Assembly (NCBI GenBank): GCA_038851325.1
Contig: JAWCKZ010000004.1
Span: 1-64,000, forward strand
Length of the DNA stretch: 64,000 bases
Origin: Candidatus Bilamarchaeaceae archaeon
GTDB lineage: Archaea > Micrarchaeota > Micrarchaeia > Anstonellales > Bilamarchaeaceae
Reading direction: 5' to 3'
Both the position numbers and the translations under genes were made by a program. Positions 20,120 through 29,793 of the stretch are shown here, in pieces (the first letter of the stretch is position 1; the number at the start of each line of letters is the position of its first letter). The notes beneath the pieces were generated by a model. It was given only the letters and a program-made list of their open reading frames with translations, ran no database searches and was not told the origin of the DNA.

Positions 20120-20626
20120 ATGAGAAGAAGACAGTTTATTTCCGATAATGTCACAGAAAAGCAAAGAAAGATGAATGACAACTCCAAAAGGCAACCGTTG
20201 CTCGAGACAATTATAATTATCCGCCATGGTAGTTATTCTGAAGATGGAGGCTTGGATAAGAACGGAAGAATTCAAATTACTAAGTCTGCAGAGCAGCTTA
20301 AAGAAGTGATCAAAGGAAAGGGCGCAACGATAGTAACGTCTCCTCTAAAGAGGGCTGTTGAAAGCAGCCAGATTATTGCAGATATGCTTAAATTATCTTT
20401 AGAAAAAGATGACGCACTTTCGTGCGAATCAGTAGAAAAAAATAAATTAAAAGAATTTATTGAAAAGTTAAAACAAAAGAAAAAGGAGGTAATAATTCTA
20501 GTAACCCATCAACCGAACATTATAGATATATGTGAAATATTGCTGGACTCGGATTACGTTGTTCCAACACGCGAGATGGTTTATCTTCCATCAGGCGGAT
20601 ATCACATTGCAAAAAAACAAAAGTAA
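20120..20626 (+). CDS. histidine phosphatase (SixA-like)
   Basis: IRHG, TSPLKRA, VTHQP; start may be 20171. Confidence 0.85.
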   Translation: MRRRQFISDNVTEKQRKMNDNSKRQPLLETIIIIRHGSYSEDGGLDKNGRIQITKSAEQLKEVIKGKGATIVTSPLKRAVESSQIIADMLKLSLEKDDALSCESVEKNKLKEFIEKLKQKKKEVIILVTHQPNIIDICEILLDSDYVVPTREMVYLPSGGYHIAKKQK

Positions 20627-20646
20627 AAGCAAAATTTTAGCAGTAA

Positions 20647-20739
20647 AGCCCCCGGCGAGAGTTGAACTCGCGACCTCCTGTTCGCCTGACCATTTCTTCG
20701 CTTACAAGACAGGCGCTCTAACCGCTGAGCTACGGAGGC
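20647..20739 (-). tRNA. tRNA-Thr(UGU) with a 20-nt canonical 37/38 intron (20683-20702)
   Basis: Full 73-nt cloverleaf after removing the intron; BHB-type helix CUUG/CAGG. Confidence 0.95.
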
Positions 20740-20817
20740 GACTATGCATAACTTTAAGTAAATTAAAAGTAATAAAAATCAATCGGTGAACTTCTTTTGC
20801 CGGCAAAACAAAGGCGA

Positions 20818-21126
20818 TCAGACCGTGATGCCCAATTTTTTCCCAAGATTTTTGATGTACTCTCTATCAGCATCTACTTGTTTCCCAGCTTGTTTGCAAT
20901 TGTTAATCCGCTCAGTCAAGGGGCCGTACACAATAAATATCTGCGGCCTTCTTATTTTTTCTGTTTTTTCTTCATGAATAAAACGCAAAGCATACTTAGA
21001 CTGACGATTTGCACACACTACTTTCTGCGTGATCGTTTGTGAAGATACTGCTGTCATAATATTCACCGCATGGGATTCAATTTTGCAGGTATATATAACA
21101 ATTATGTTTATAAAGTTAACTAACAT
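20818..21126 (-). CDS. small hypothetical protein
   Basis: ORF only; real start is probably downstream (MTAVSS). Confidence 0.35.
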   Translation of the reverse strand: MLVNFINIIVIYTCKIESHAVNIMTAVSSQTITQKVVCANRQSKYALRFIHEEKTEKIRRPQIFIVYGPLTERINNCKQAGKQVDADREYIKNLGKKLGITV

Positions 21127-21270
21127 CGTAAAAATTGAAATTAATTTTCTTTGTGGATTTGACTAACTCTGTTTTATGTCTTTCGATAAGCAAGAAATGA
21201 GTTAGGAAGATAAGCTTTAATTTATGAACTGTAATAGAAATAAAATTTCGATCTTAGAAGGGATACACTT

Positions 21271-21651
21271 ATGAGGAAGGCGTATAAAAAAGGTTCGCGT
21301 GCGGAGCGAGAACTTATAAATTATTTTTCAGCTAAAGGTTACTCTGTCATTCGTGCGGCAGGGAGTGGTGTTAACTCCCTAAGTCCTGACCTTCTTGCAT
21401 TTAGAAAAGGAATGCATTTTGCATTCGAGTCAAAAGCGATCGAAAAGGAAAATCTCAACATAGATAAAGAGCAATTTCTGAATCTGCTGCATTGGGAAAA
21501 TAACACAGGAATAACGTGCTACATAGCATGGCGAAGAAATCGTCTCCCGTGGGTATTTATTCCGCTCTCAGTTTTTTCTGAAAATGAAAAAAGCTTTGGC
21601 ATAAGTTGGGGAAAGGCAAACGCTGTAGGAAAAAGAATAGAGGAATTCTAA
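21271..21651 (+). CDS. hjc: Holliday junction resolvase Hjc
   Basis: KG.RAEREL, R.AGSG, PDL, E-x-K. Confidence 0.93.
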   Translation: MRKAYKKGSRAERELINYFSAKGYSVIRAAGSGVNSLSPDLLAFRKGMHFAFESKAIEKENLNIDKEQFLNLLHWENNTGITCYIAWRRNRLPWVFIPLSVFSENEKSFGISWGKANAVGKRIEEF

Positions 21652-22364
21652 TGGAAAAATACAGAATAATGGATATTAGAACGCACGAGGATGGAATTAG
21701 GGTAATACAACTCGTTCCTCTTGCGGGGCGGTTATTTACATACAAGCCTGGAAATTTCCTCATCCTACACCTTCTGGATGAAAAAGGGGAAAGTATAGAT
21801 AAAAGGCCGTATTCCATCGCGTCCTCTCCTACACAAGGATATATAGAATTGGCAATAAAAATGATCGGTGGTAGGTTTACATCAAAACTTGAGAAACTAA
21901 AGGAAGGCGATATTGTAGGTGTGGAAGGACCGCTTGGTCATTTCACGTACGATGGACAGAATAAGTGTGTCTTTATCGCTGGCGGGGTTGGTGTAGCACC
22001 GTTTATGTCAATGCTTAGGTATATAGATGCCACAAAAAAGGAAGGCACTTTTATCTTATTTTACAGCTACGGAAAACGAACCGATAATCCATATCGCGAA
22101 GAACTGAACGAACTTTCAAAAAATCCAAACATAACAATCGTTCAATTTCTAACAAGAGAAATGCCCGCTGGTTGGAATGGCGAAATTGGACGAATAGACG
22201 AAGCACGGATAGGAAAATACGTTAAAAGCCCTAAAGAATTTCGCTGGTATATATGCGGGCCGCCGCAGATGTGTCTAACACTCCGCGATGTTCTAACAGG
22301 GATGGGTGTACCGAGTAGAAAGATAAAACTAGAAAGCTGGGGGACGCCCTCACCTAAATCGTAG
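21651..22364 (+). CDS. FAD/NAD(P)-binding ferredoxin reductase-family oxidoreductase
   Basis: RPYSIAS, GPLG, AGGVGVAP, CGPPQM; ATG overlaps the hjc stop. Confidence 0.9.
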   Translation: MEKYRIMDIRTHEDGIRVIQLVPLAGRLFTYKPGNFLILHLLDEKGESIDKRPYSIASSPTQGYIELAIKMIGGRFTSKLEKLKEGDIVGVEGPLGHFTYDGQNKCVFIAGGVGVAPFMSMLRYIDATKKEGTFILFYSYGKRTDNPYREELNELSKNPNITIVQFLTREMPAGWNGEIGRIDEARIGKYVKSPKEFRWYICGPPQMCLTLRDVLTGMGVPSRKIKLESWGTPSPKS

Positions 22365-22406
22365 ATTAAATCGTAGATTATTTCAAATGGCATCTGATTG
22401 CAAAAT

Positions 22407-22607
22407 TTATTCGACTACAAAAGCCACTTTCATGTGTGCTCTGTATTGGACAATCCTGTTGTTCGCAATCTTTGCTTTGAAACTGAGTACGTCTATACCG
22501 GTTATGTTCTTCACAGTTTTGCCAGCCCTCTTCAGCCCTTCGTGAACGGCGTCTTCCCAACTCTTTTCAGACTCCCCAATTATCTCTATAATTTTTATTA
22601 CTGCCAT
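22407..22607 (-). CDS. dodecin family flavin-binding protein
   Basis: KIIEIIGES.KSWEDAV..G..RA.KT...YR..MKVAF. Confidence 0.92.
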   Translation of the reverse strand: MAVIKIIEIIGESEKSWEDAVHEGLKRAGKTVKNITGIDVLSFKAKIANNRIVQYRAHMKVAFVVE

Positions 22608-22846
22608 GTTTGAATCTCTCCATCGAATATTAAATTCTTACTCGAGTTGGGCATTATGGGGATCGCGATGCATCAGTTTTTATCAGCTAATTACTAATCA
22701 AGCCTTTTCTTGATATACTCCTCGTAAGGGGTCTATCTTAGGCTGTCTAATTCGTATGAATAAATGAAAAAAAATGTAAACTAAAATGGAAACCGTTCTT
22801 GAGAGCGGTTAGCGCATTGTAAATTAGATTTTCAGAGTAAATATAT

Positions 22847-23179
22847 CTAACTATTGGCATTCTTATCGGGTTTTATTATTGGATTTATTTCTTCTTGAAT
22901 GCATTTTCTATAAACTTCAAAGGCATCAAATGAACCAACCCCTAACAAGCTTTCTGCTTTGTCCTTGAGCTCTTCAAATGCAGGTCTAAATAAAGTAATA
23001 TCAGAAGTTTGAGCATCTCAAATAAAAGCTGTGGGAATTGACAATGTTTCTAAATCAATTCCGGCCATCAGCTTGATATATCCCTCTCTTTTGATTTCTC
23101 CATTTTCATGGTTTATTATTCTCCAATTCTCTAATCCATTATGGTCCGGGAGGCAGTATCTTTGGTCGTCATAATTGAT
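22847..23179 (-). pseudogene. IS5-family DDE transposase remnant
   Basis: Manual translation ...KREGYIKLMAGIDLETLSI...*...SDITLF...SLLGVGSFD...INPIIKPDKNA; in-frame TGA at 23018-23020; no start. Confidence 0.65.
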
Positions 23180-23375
23180 CTACCGCTTCTCGAACCTATA
23201 TATTTTTAATTAATTACCGGACAGTCTATAAGATGGAGAGTAATCACTAGGAATAAAATTAGCAACGACGATAACAGAGCACACAAAAATTAGTGAAATT
23301 AGCTATTTGCGAAAGTCAGGTTCTTAGACTGTTACTGTGTGTAGATACGCTTTTATAAATAGCAGTACTGTGTGA

Positions 23376-25034
23376 TTATGACTCATCCTGAGAGGAAATA
23401 TTTATTTCATATGTTATTTTTACTCTTTTAGAACCACTGGCAATGTAAAGAGGCACCCCAAACATGATTTCGTCACCAAGATCTTGGTAGAAGATATTGG
23501 CTGGATAATTATCATAATTTAAATACCTCCTATCTACCCCAGATATATTAGAGGCGGAGATACTTTCCAACTTCCCTTGGTATGGAACTTTAATTATACA
23601 AGTGTCACCACCTTTCATACCAATCATACCATAATCCTCTTTATCTATGGAATCTATGTAAAATGAATTGCTACCCTTTGTGGTAAATGTCACAATCTTC
23701 CCATTTGGTTTTTGAGTTTCTTTATATGAAGAAACACAACTCGGTACGTAAGTTACGTTAGAGATGAGCCTAATTGAAGGATCACCAAAAAGTACCCAGT
23801 TTCTAAGATTGAAGAGAACAAAGTCTCTACTATATTCATTTGTGTTTACAGGAGATCCCTCCAGATTTACTTTATACTTCTCAGTTACCATAATGTATCT
23901 ATTTTTAAGGTCTTTTAGTGCAACACCTATTGGAACGTCCGATCTGAATGATTCATCTCCTAGGGTTTCTAATGGGGTTATGCTTGTGGTAGCAACATGC
24001 GTCGCACCTATATAATTCAATGCCCCACTCTGGAGGAAGCTTAGAACGATTGAACTGCTAATGTTTCCTGTCTCATTATCATTCCCAAATCGTGTTTCAT
24101 TTATGGGTGAACCGCCATTGATTCTAGCAGTCGTACAGGATATCGCAAGTACCAGAATAGCATTTGTTTTGAGTTCAGATTCAGTACCGTTGGCATATTT
24201 ACCTGCTAAACCATGGGGTGTACCTATGATCATCTCATTGTTGTCGAGCAGTATGGTTGAAGGAGTACCATGTGCACCTATTTTGATGAGTTCTGCATTT
24301 GCAAAGTTTTCCTTTACTCTATCAAGGGTAGCCCTATTCGCATCGTCACACACGCATATGGCTCCAGCACAGCTAGAAAGACAGTTTGTTATAACTTTCG
24401 ATCCTATAGGAGAACCTGAATAATCACCAAGTCCATACACGGTCATATTTGGATGGGGGCTATAAGCAAGGAGTCTCTCAATATAATTTCTGAGGGTTTT
24501 TGCATTTCTCGAGGTAATAAAGCCATAGGCGGTATCTAAGTAAGGATCGTCATCAAACTCTCTAACTAGCAAATCAATACCATCAGTAAATCCAACAGTT
24601 AGTTCTTCCGGAGTTGCAAATATAACCGTATAATTTGGTTTTATAATTTTTAGAGCATTGAGCGTTTCATTTATATCTTTATGGTAAGTTATAAGTGTTG
24701 CATTCTTGTGTTGTGCAAAAAATCTTGCTTCTTCAATAAATGGAGAACTTTCATTAACAATGACAACATAATCTGTCTTATGAAATTCCGTAACGTTTAT
24801 CTCATTGGATGATAGTTCGTTATCGGCTATTGGAGATTGTTCTTCTATAACTGTGTTTTCAGTTTTATTGATTGCAAATTTATCTGGGTTATTAATGGAT
24901 TCGGTTGACTCTATGAACTTATCATTGATGGATTCTACAGATGATTCTTCGATTGAATTTGATATACAACCATACAGAAAGAACATAAACATTAGCAGGA
25001 TTACAACGCAAGTCATGCTATAACCTTTTGACAA
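23376..25034 (-). CDS. lipoprotein with a C25 (gingipain-like) cysteine peptidase domain
   Basis: Hydrophobic leader ending YGC; AHG, ISC, YIGA and LFGDP motifs. Confidence 0.75.
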   Translation of the reverse strand: MSKGYSMTCVVILLMFMFFLYGCISNSIEESSVESINDKFIESTESINNPDKFAINKTENTVIEEQSPIADNELSSNEINVTEFHKTDYVVIVNESSPFIEEARFFAQHKNATLITYHKDINETLNALKIIKPNYTVIFATPEELTVGFTDGIDLLVREFDDDPYLDTAYGFITSRNAKTLRNYIERLLAYSPHPNMTVYGLGDYSGSPIGSKVITNCLSSCAGAICVCDDANRATLDRVKENFANAELIKIGAHGTPSTILLDNNEMIIGTPHGLAGKYANGTESELKTNAILVLAISCTTARINGGSPINETRFGNDNETGNISSSIVLSFLQSGALNYIGATHVATTSITPLETLGDESFRSDVPIGVALKDLKNRYIMVTEKYKVNLEGSPVNTNEYSRDFVLFNLRNWVLFGDPSIRLISNVTYVPSCVSSYKETQKPNGKIVTFTTKGSNSFYIDSIDKEDYGMIGMKGGDTCIIKVPYQGKLESISASNISGVDRRYLNYDNYPANIFYQDLGDEIMFGVPLYIASGSKRVKITYEINISSQDES

Positions 25035-25094
25035 TCAATATATCTTTTTTGAAGGTTAAAAAGATTTTTAATCTGCAACGCTCTGAAAAAAATC

Positions 25095-25826
25095 ATGCTT
25101 GTACTCGTTGGAGCGGGTGTGAATGGAGATTTAACCATCGCTGGCTTGGAAGAACTCAAAAAATGTGATACCATCTATGCCGAGTTTTACACCAATCCTT
25201 TACTCAAAGAAAAAAAGGCGAACATGGAAAGAGCGATAGGAAAAAGAATAACTGAATTGGAGCGAGAAAAGGTGGAAAGCAGCTTTCTTATAATCGAAGC
25301 CATCGAAAAGCGAGTTGCGCTCATAGTTGCAGGAGACCCTCTTATAGCGACAACCCATGTTGTACTTGTGAACGAATGCAGAAAAAGAAATATACCGATA
25401 ACGGTTATTCACAATTCCTCTATTTACACGGTCGCACCGGCAAAAGCAGGCCTGCAGATATACCGTTTCGGAAAAACCGTAACGCTTGTGAATCCACGTG
25501 AAAGATATAAGCCAACCTCGCCACTTGAGGTAATAAGAGAAAATCTAAAGCGTGGTCTTCACACGCTAGTGTTGCTTGACACCGAACCAGAACCTATGGA
25601 CGCGAAAATCGCACTGAGACAACTCTTTGAGTTTAAATCCGCTATCGTGCTCTCACGAGTTGGTGAAGCTGATGAGCGAATAATCTACGGAGATATAAAT
25701 TCCCTTTTGAATGAAGATCTTGGAAAACCGCCATTCTCCATTATAATTCCAGCCAAGCTTCACATAGTAGAAAAAGAAGCGCTTGAGTGGTACTCGCCTG
25801 CGCCACGTAAGGCGTGCGTTGCTTAG
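25095..25826 (+). CDS. dph5: diphthine synthase
   Basis: EFYT, GDPLIATTH, GLQIYRFG, GLHTLVLLD. Confidence 0.95.
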   Translation: MLVLVGAGVNGDLTIAGLEELKKCDTIYAEFYTNPLLKEKKANMERAIGKRITELEREKVESSFLIIEAIEKRVALIVAGDPLIATTHVVLVNECRKRNIPITVIHNSSIYTVAPAKAGLQIYRFGKTVTLVNPRERYKPTSPLEVIRENLKRGLHTLVLLDTEPEPMDAKIALRQLFEFKSAIVLSRVGEADERIIYGDINSLLNEDLGKPPFSIIIPAKLHIVEKEALEWYSPAPRKACVA

Positions 25827-25922
25827 AGTGAGCGTTACTTAAAGTGAATTACTTGGATGATATACTTAAAAAGAATAAAAAATAATAATATGTAATTAAA
25901 GTAATCATGCATCGGTGAACTT

Positions 25923-26663
25923 ATGGACAATTACGATGAGATAGCTGACATGTATGACCTTATTTACGTTGGAGATTTCGATATAGATTTTTATGAGCGC
26001 GAGGCAAAAGAAGCAAATGGGCCGGTTCTAGAAGTTGGTTGCGGAACAGGACGCGTTCTCCTCGAACTACTAAAAAAAGGAATAGACATAGAAGGAATAG
26101 ACATTTCTAAAGAGATGCTGAGGATATTGAAGAATAAGGCAAAGATAAAAGGTCTTTCGCCCCACGTCTATTATGCTGACATGCGTGATTTTTCCCTAAA
26201 GAGAAGGTACGGAATGATAATAATCCCGTACAGAACCTTTCTCCATCTTTCTACCGACGTTGATAGATTAGCAACGCTCAAGAATATATACAAGCACTTA
26301 CTTCCAGGAGGAAAGGTAATAATACATGTCTACAACCCCTCCCAGCCAGAGTTGGAGGCTACGAATGAGTTTAAACCCGTGGATATCACAAAGTTCAGAA
26401 TCGGTCAAGATGAAATAACTGTTCTGTGGTATATGAGGTACTCAAAACCAGCAAACAAGGCCGAGTATTTGATAGTGTTTTACAAAGGAAAAAAGAAAAT
26501 AAGAGAGTTTAGTATGACGCTACATTTCATTAACTACAAAAAAGCAAGAGCCCTGCTCAAGAAAGCAGGATTCAAAAACATAGCGGCATACGTTGATTTC
26601 ACCAAAAGGCCGTATCGTTCAGACGAATTTGGAAAGGAGATTCTGTGGGTGGCGAGAAAATGA
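25923..26663 (+). CDS. class I SAM-dependent methyltransferase
   Basis: LEVGCGTGR, GIDIS, DMRDF. Confidence 0.9.
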   Translation: MDNYDEIADMYDLIYVGDFDIDFYEREAKEANGPVLEVGCGTGRVLLELLKKGIDIEGIDISKEMLRILKNKAKIKGLSPHVYYADMRDFSLKRRYGMIIIPYRTFLHLSTDVDRLATLKNIYKHLLPGGKVIIHVYNPSQPELEATNEFKPVDITKFRIGQDEITVLWYMRYSKPANKAEYLIVFYKGKKKIREFSMTLHFINYKKARALLKKAGFKNIAAYVDFTKRPYRSDEFGKEILWVARK

Positions 26664-27187
26664 GTGTTCTCTCATTTTTCCGCCGTTTTTTACCGAACGA
26701 GCCGGCCTTTGAGAATACTGATTTTAGAGAATTCGAAGATTCGCTTCATAATTTTATGATGTTTTACCCGAAGCACTGGAAATTTGAAAAGACGACAGCA
26801 ATTGTTGAAGGAGCGTACAACATTATTTTTGATTCCAGCAAATCTGACACAAGCCTATGCATAAGTGTAGACATGCGGCCTCCGTATGCATTTACCGAAA
26901 AAAAATTTCTTGCCTTTGCCAAACGTGAAATAGAAAAGCCATCCGCGGGGGTAGTAACAACAGCAAAGAGATCCCGGTTTAAATCCTACCCCGCAATGAC
27001 AACCACTTATACATTCCTAAAAGGCCAAACTGAGATGTTTGGTGAGAGGATTATATTCTACACAGGAGATAGGATATTTTCTATTCTGTTTCTCTGCCCG
27101 CTCTCACAGCACGATAAACTGAAAAAGACATTTGAGTATATAAAAGATTCGATCACCATAAAACCTAAAAAGGCGATTCTTTTATGA
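26660..27187 (+). CDS. PsbP/DUF1795-like protein
   Basis: F.MFYPKHW start and F..IKDSI end typical of the PsbP-like fold; ATGA overlap. Confidence 0.55.
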   Translation: MSVLSFFRRFLPNEPAFENTDFREFEDSLHNFMMFYPKHWKFEKTTAIVEGAYNIIFDSSKSDTSLCISVDMRPPYAFTEKKFLAFAKREIEKPSAGVVTTAKRSRFKSYPAMTTTYTFLKGQTEMFGERIIFYTGDRIFSILFLCPLSQHDKLKKTFEYIKDSITIKPKKAILL

Positions 27188-27351
27188 GAAAGAGTGCAAA
27201 GAAGTTTACTGTTGAGGTGTGCGCAATGTGTGGGAAGGTTGCAAAAAAAGAGGACTATAAAGGGGAGATATTCGTGTGTTCACATTGCGGATCAGATGTC
27301 TCGATTGTTATGTCCAGAAAAATGTTCTTGGAAATCGCCAAAAAAGAATAA
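27184..27351 (+). CDS. 55-aa zinc-ribbon protein
   Basis: MRKSAKKFTVEVCAMCGK...FVCSHCGS...; ATGA overlap; below the ORF-track cutoff. Confidence 0.75.
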   Translation: MRKSAKKFTVEVCAMCGKVAKKEDYKGEIFVCSHCGSDVSIVMSRKMFLEIAKKE

Positions 27352-27356
27352 ACGGG

Positions 27357-29051
27357 ATGGATATGGAATTGGAAGAGATAATTAAAAAACACGCGCTGAA
27401 GAATGCGTTCGACTACGGAAAGGCTAACGCTGGAGCTGTGGTTGGTAAGGTGATAGCAGAATACCCTGCTGCAAAGACGGAGATGAGCGCAACCATAAGG
27501 ATAATTGGTGAGATAGTAGCAAAGGTTAACAGAATGAAAAGAGATGAAATTGTCGCTGAGATGGCACAGTATGTATACACTGAGAAAAAGAAAGAGAAAA
27601 AAGGCATCGAACTACCTGATGCGGAGTACGGAAAGGTTATCACGCGTTTTGCTCCAGAGCCAAACGGCTATCTTCATATAGGCCATGCAAAGGCTGCGCT
27701 ACTGAGCTATGAGAGTGCGCGTGCCTATAGCGGAAAAATGATACTCAGGTTCGATGACACAAATCCTGAGAAAGAATCTCAGGAATACGTTAATGCTGCA
27801 AAGGATAGCCTTAAATGGCTTGGTATAGAATGGGCTGCTGAAACTTACACTTCTGATAATATCCCGCGCGTGTATGAAGCAGCCGAGATGCTCATAGCAA
27901 AGCAGAGGGCATACGTATGTACTTGCGACATAGAAACATTAAGGAAATTAAGGGGAAAAGGAGAGGCATGCCCTTGCAGAAATTTAGACATTGATGAAAA
28001 TTTGGCACGATGGAAAAAAATGCTTTCCGGGGGGTACAAAAAAGGAGAAGCTGTTCTGAGATATCGCGGCGATCTAAATTCGCTGAATACAGTTATGCGC
28101 GATCCAACACTCGCAAGGATTATGGACGCTGAACATTACCGCCAAGGCAAAAAATACCGAGTATGGCCTTCTTATGACCTTAGTATAGTCGTGATGGATG
28201 CGATGGAGGAGATAACTCACCCTATGCGCTCCAAGGAATACGAATTACGAAACGAGCTGTATTACTCCCTGTTTGATGATTTGGGCTGGAAAAGACCGAA
28301 GATGATAGAATTTTCAAGGCTCTCAATAAAAAATGCGCCCATAAGCAAAAGGCTTCTTAGACCGCTTGTAGAAGAAGAAAAGGTGAGCGGGTGGGATGAC
28401 CCAAGGCTACCGACGTTAGCTGCTCTTAGAAGGCGCGGTATTCTTCCGGAAGCGATAAGAAATTTTATTCTATCCATAGGACTTTCAAAAACTGAAAGCG
28501 AGCCTGGATGGGAACTTCTCTTAGCAGAGAATAGAAAGCTTCTTGATCCAGTGTCTAGACATTATTTCTTTGTAAGATCGCCGATGCTCTTAAAGATAAA
28601 AGGTTTAAGAAAAAATGTGAAAATAGCGCTCCATCCAAAAAAGGAATTCGGGTTCAGAGAGATTGAAATCGCAGAAAGCGTATATATAAGCGGAGATGAC
28701 GCAAAGACATTGAAGAAAGGTGAGATCTTCAGGTTGAAGGATCTATGCAATGTATTGGTGCTAAAGAAAGGAAAAAGAGAGATCGAAGGAGAGGTTACGA
28801 AGGATAGTATAGTTCCAAAAAAGATTCAGTGGGTTGCAGCTGGAGATGAGCTACTGTGCAGCATCATCATTCCGCATGATCTATTAAAGGACGAGAAATA
28901 CGACCCGAACAGTTTGGAGATTGCAGAAGGGTATTGCGAGATGGGATGCAACAACTTAAGCGTGGGGGATGTTGTTCAGTTTGAGCGGGTTGGTTTTTGC
29001 AGGCTCGATAAAAAAGAGAAGGATAGATTACTGTTTGTCTACAGTTGCTAA
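27357..29051 (+). CDS. gltX: glutamyl-tRNA synthetase
   Basis: RFAPEPNGYLHIGH, RFDDTNP, ISKR, GWDDPRLPT, QFERVGF. Confidence 0.96.
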   Translation: MDMELEEIIKKHALKNAFDYGKANAGAVVGKVIAEYPAAKTEMSATIRIIGEIVAKVNRMKRDEIVAEMAQYVYTEKKKEKKGIELPDAEYGKVITRFAPEPNGYLHIGHAKAALLSYESARAYSGKMILRFDDTNPEKESQEYVNAAKDSLKWLGIEWAAETYTSDNIPRVYEAAEMLIAKQRAYVCTCDIETLRKLRGKGEACPCRNLDIDENLARWKKMLSGGYKKGEAVLRYRGDLNSLNTVMRDPTLARIMDAEHYRQGKKYRVWPSYDLSIVVMDAMEEITHPMRSKEYELRNELYYSLFDDLGWKRPKMIEFSRLSIKNAPISKRLLRPLVEEEKVSGWDDPRLPTLAALRRRGILPEAIRNFILSIGLSKTESEPGWELLLAENRKLLDPVSRHYFFVRSPMLLKIKGLRKNVKIALHPKKEFGFREIEIAESVYISGDDAKTLKKGEIFRLKDLCNVLVLKKGKREIEGEVTKDSIVPKKIQWVAAGDELLCSIIIPHDLLKDEKYDPNSLEIAEGYCEMGCNNLSVGDVVQFERVGFCRLDKKEKDRLLFVYSC

Positions 29052-29105
29052 AGATCTAAAGATCTAAATAAGTAAATAAGTAAAGATCTAAATAGGTGGG
29101 TAAAC

Positions 29106-29537
29106 ATGAAAAATGAAGAAACGAAAAATATTTTGATAGCAGGCGCAATGATGCTAACATGCGGAATTGTTCTTTTTGCCTTAATGGCTTTTTATCTCGT
29201 CACATCAATGTCAGCGAAACCAGATCTCTCTGAAGATGCGATCGAAGGTGGGGAAAAATCTGTTTATGATAATTTTGCAAAATGCCTGACCGAAAAGGGG
29301 GCAATTATGTATGGTGCGGATTGGTGCCCGCATTGTCAAAACCAGAAAAGAATATTTGGAGATTCCTTTCGTTACATTAATTACATAAACTGTGAAAAAA
29401 ATTATACGACCTGCGTCTCAGCGAAAATCGAAGGGATCCCAACTTGGATAATAGATGGGCGAAGGTATACCGGTGAGCAAAGCCTCCAGACACTTGCCAA
29501 TATAACAGGTTGCAATCTTAACACTTCGAGCAAATAG
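29106..29537 (+). CDS. membrane-anchored thioredoxin-like protein
   Basis: N-terminal TM; YGADWCPHC; IPTW. Confidence 0.85.
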   Translation: MKNEETKNILIAGAMMLTCGIVLFALMAFYLVTSMSAKPDLSEDAIEGGEKSVYDNFAKCLTEKGAIMYGADWCPHCQNQKRIFGDSFRYINYINCEKNYTTCVSAKIEGIPTWIIDGRRYTGEQSLQTLANITGCNLNTSSK

Positions 29538-29793
29538 ATTCTCAAAACCTAACCGCGAACCGAAGCTCTGTCAAAAAAGTAATACATAAAAGGGAAACAC
29601 GTACTGAAGAGGCTTGCATCAAAAGCTAAACATAGACAAAGATGACCCTCGTCTCAGAAAAGCGAACAACTGCAGCAGCCCCATAGCCGATCTGCCAGCC
29701 CGGCATTTTCCTTCTAACTTTTTTAGCCGCATTTGCCATTAAAAATATTTCGGATTTAATCCGATTGTCTGAGAGCTTATCTGAGGGACCTCT

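Noticed and set aside
23018..23020. In-frame TGA as possible selenocysteine or code reassignment
   Set aside because: TGA terminates many clear genes here (leuS, nop10, rpl11), and the frame is a decayed fragment
29049..29093. Short repeats as a possible CRISPR remnant
   Set aside because: Units of about 8 bp with no spacers and no cas genes; no array was seen anywhere in the window
29540..29745. Long spacer before tyrS, possible small ORF or RNA
   Set aside because: Only short ORFs without motifs, and no convincing helices found by eye
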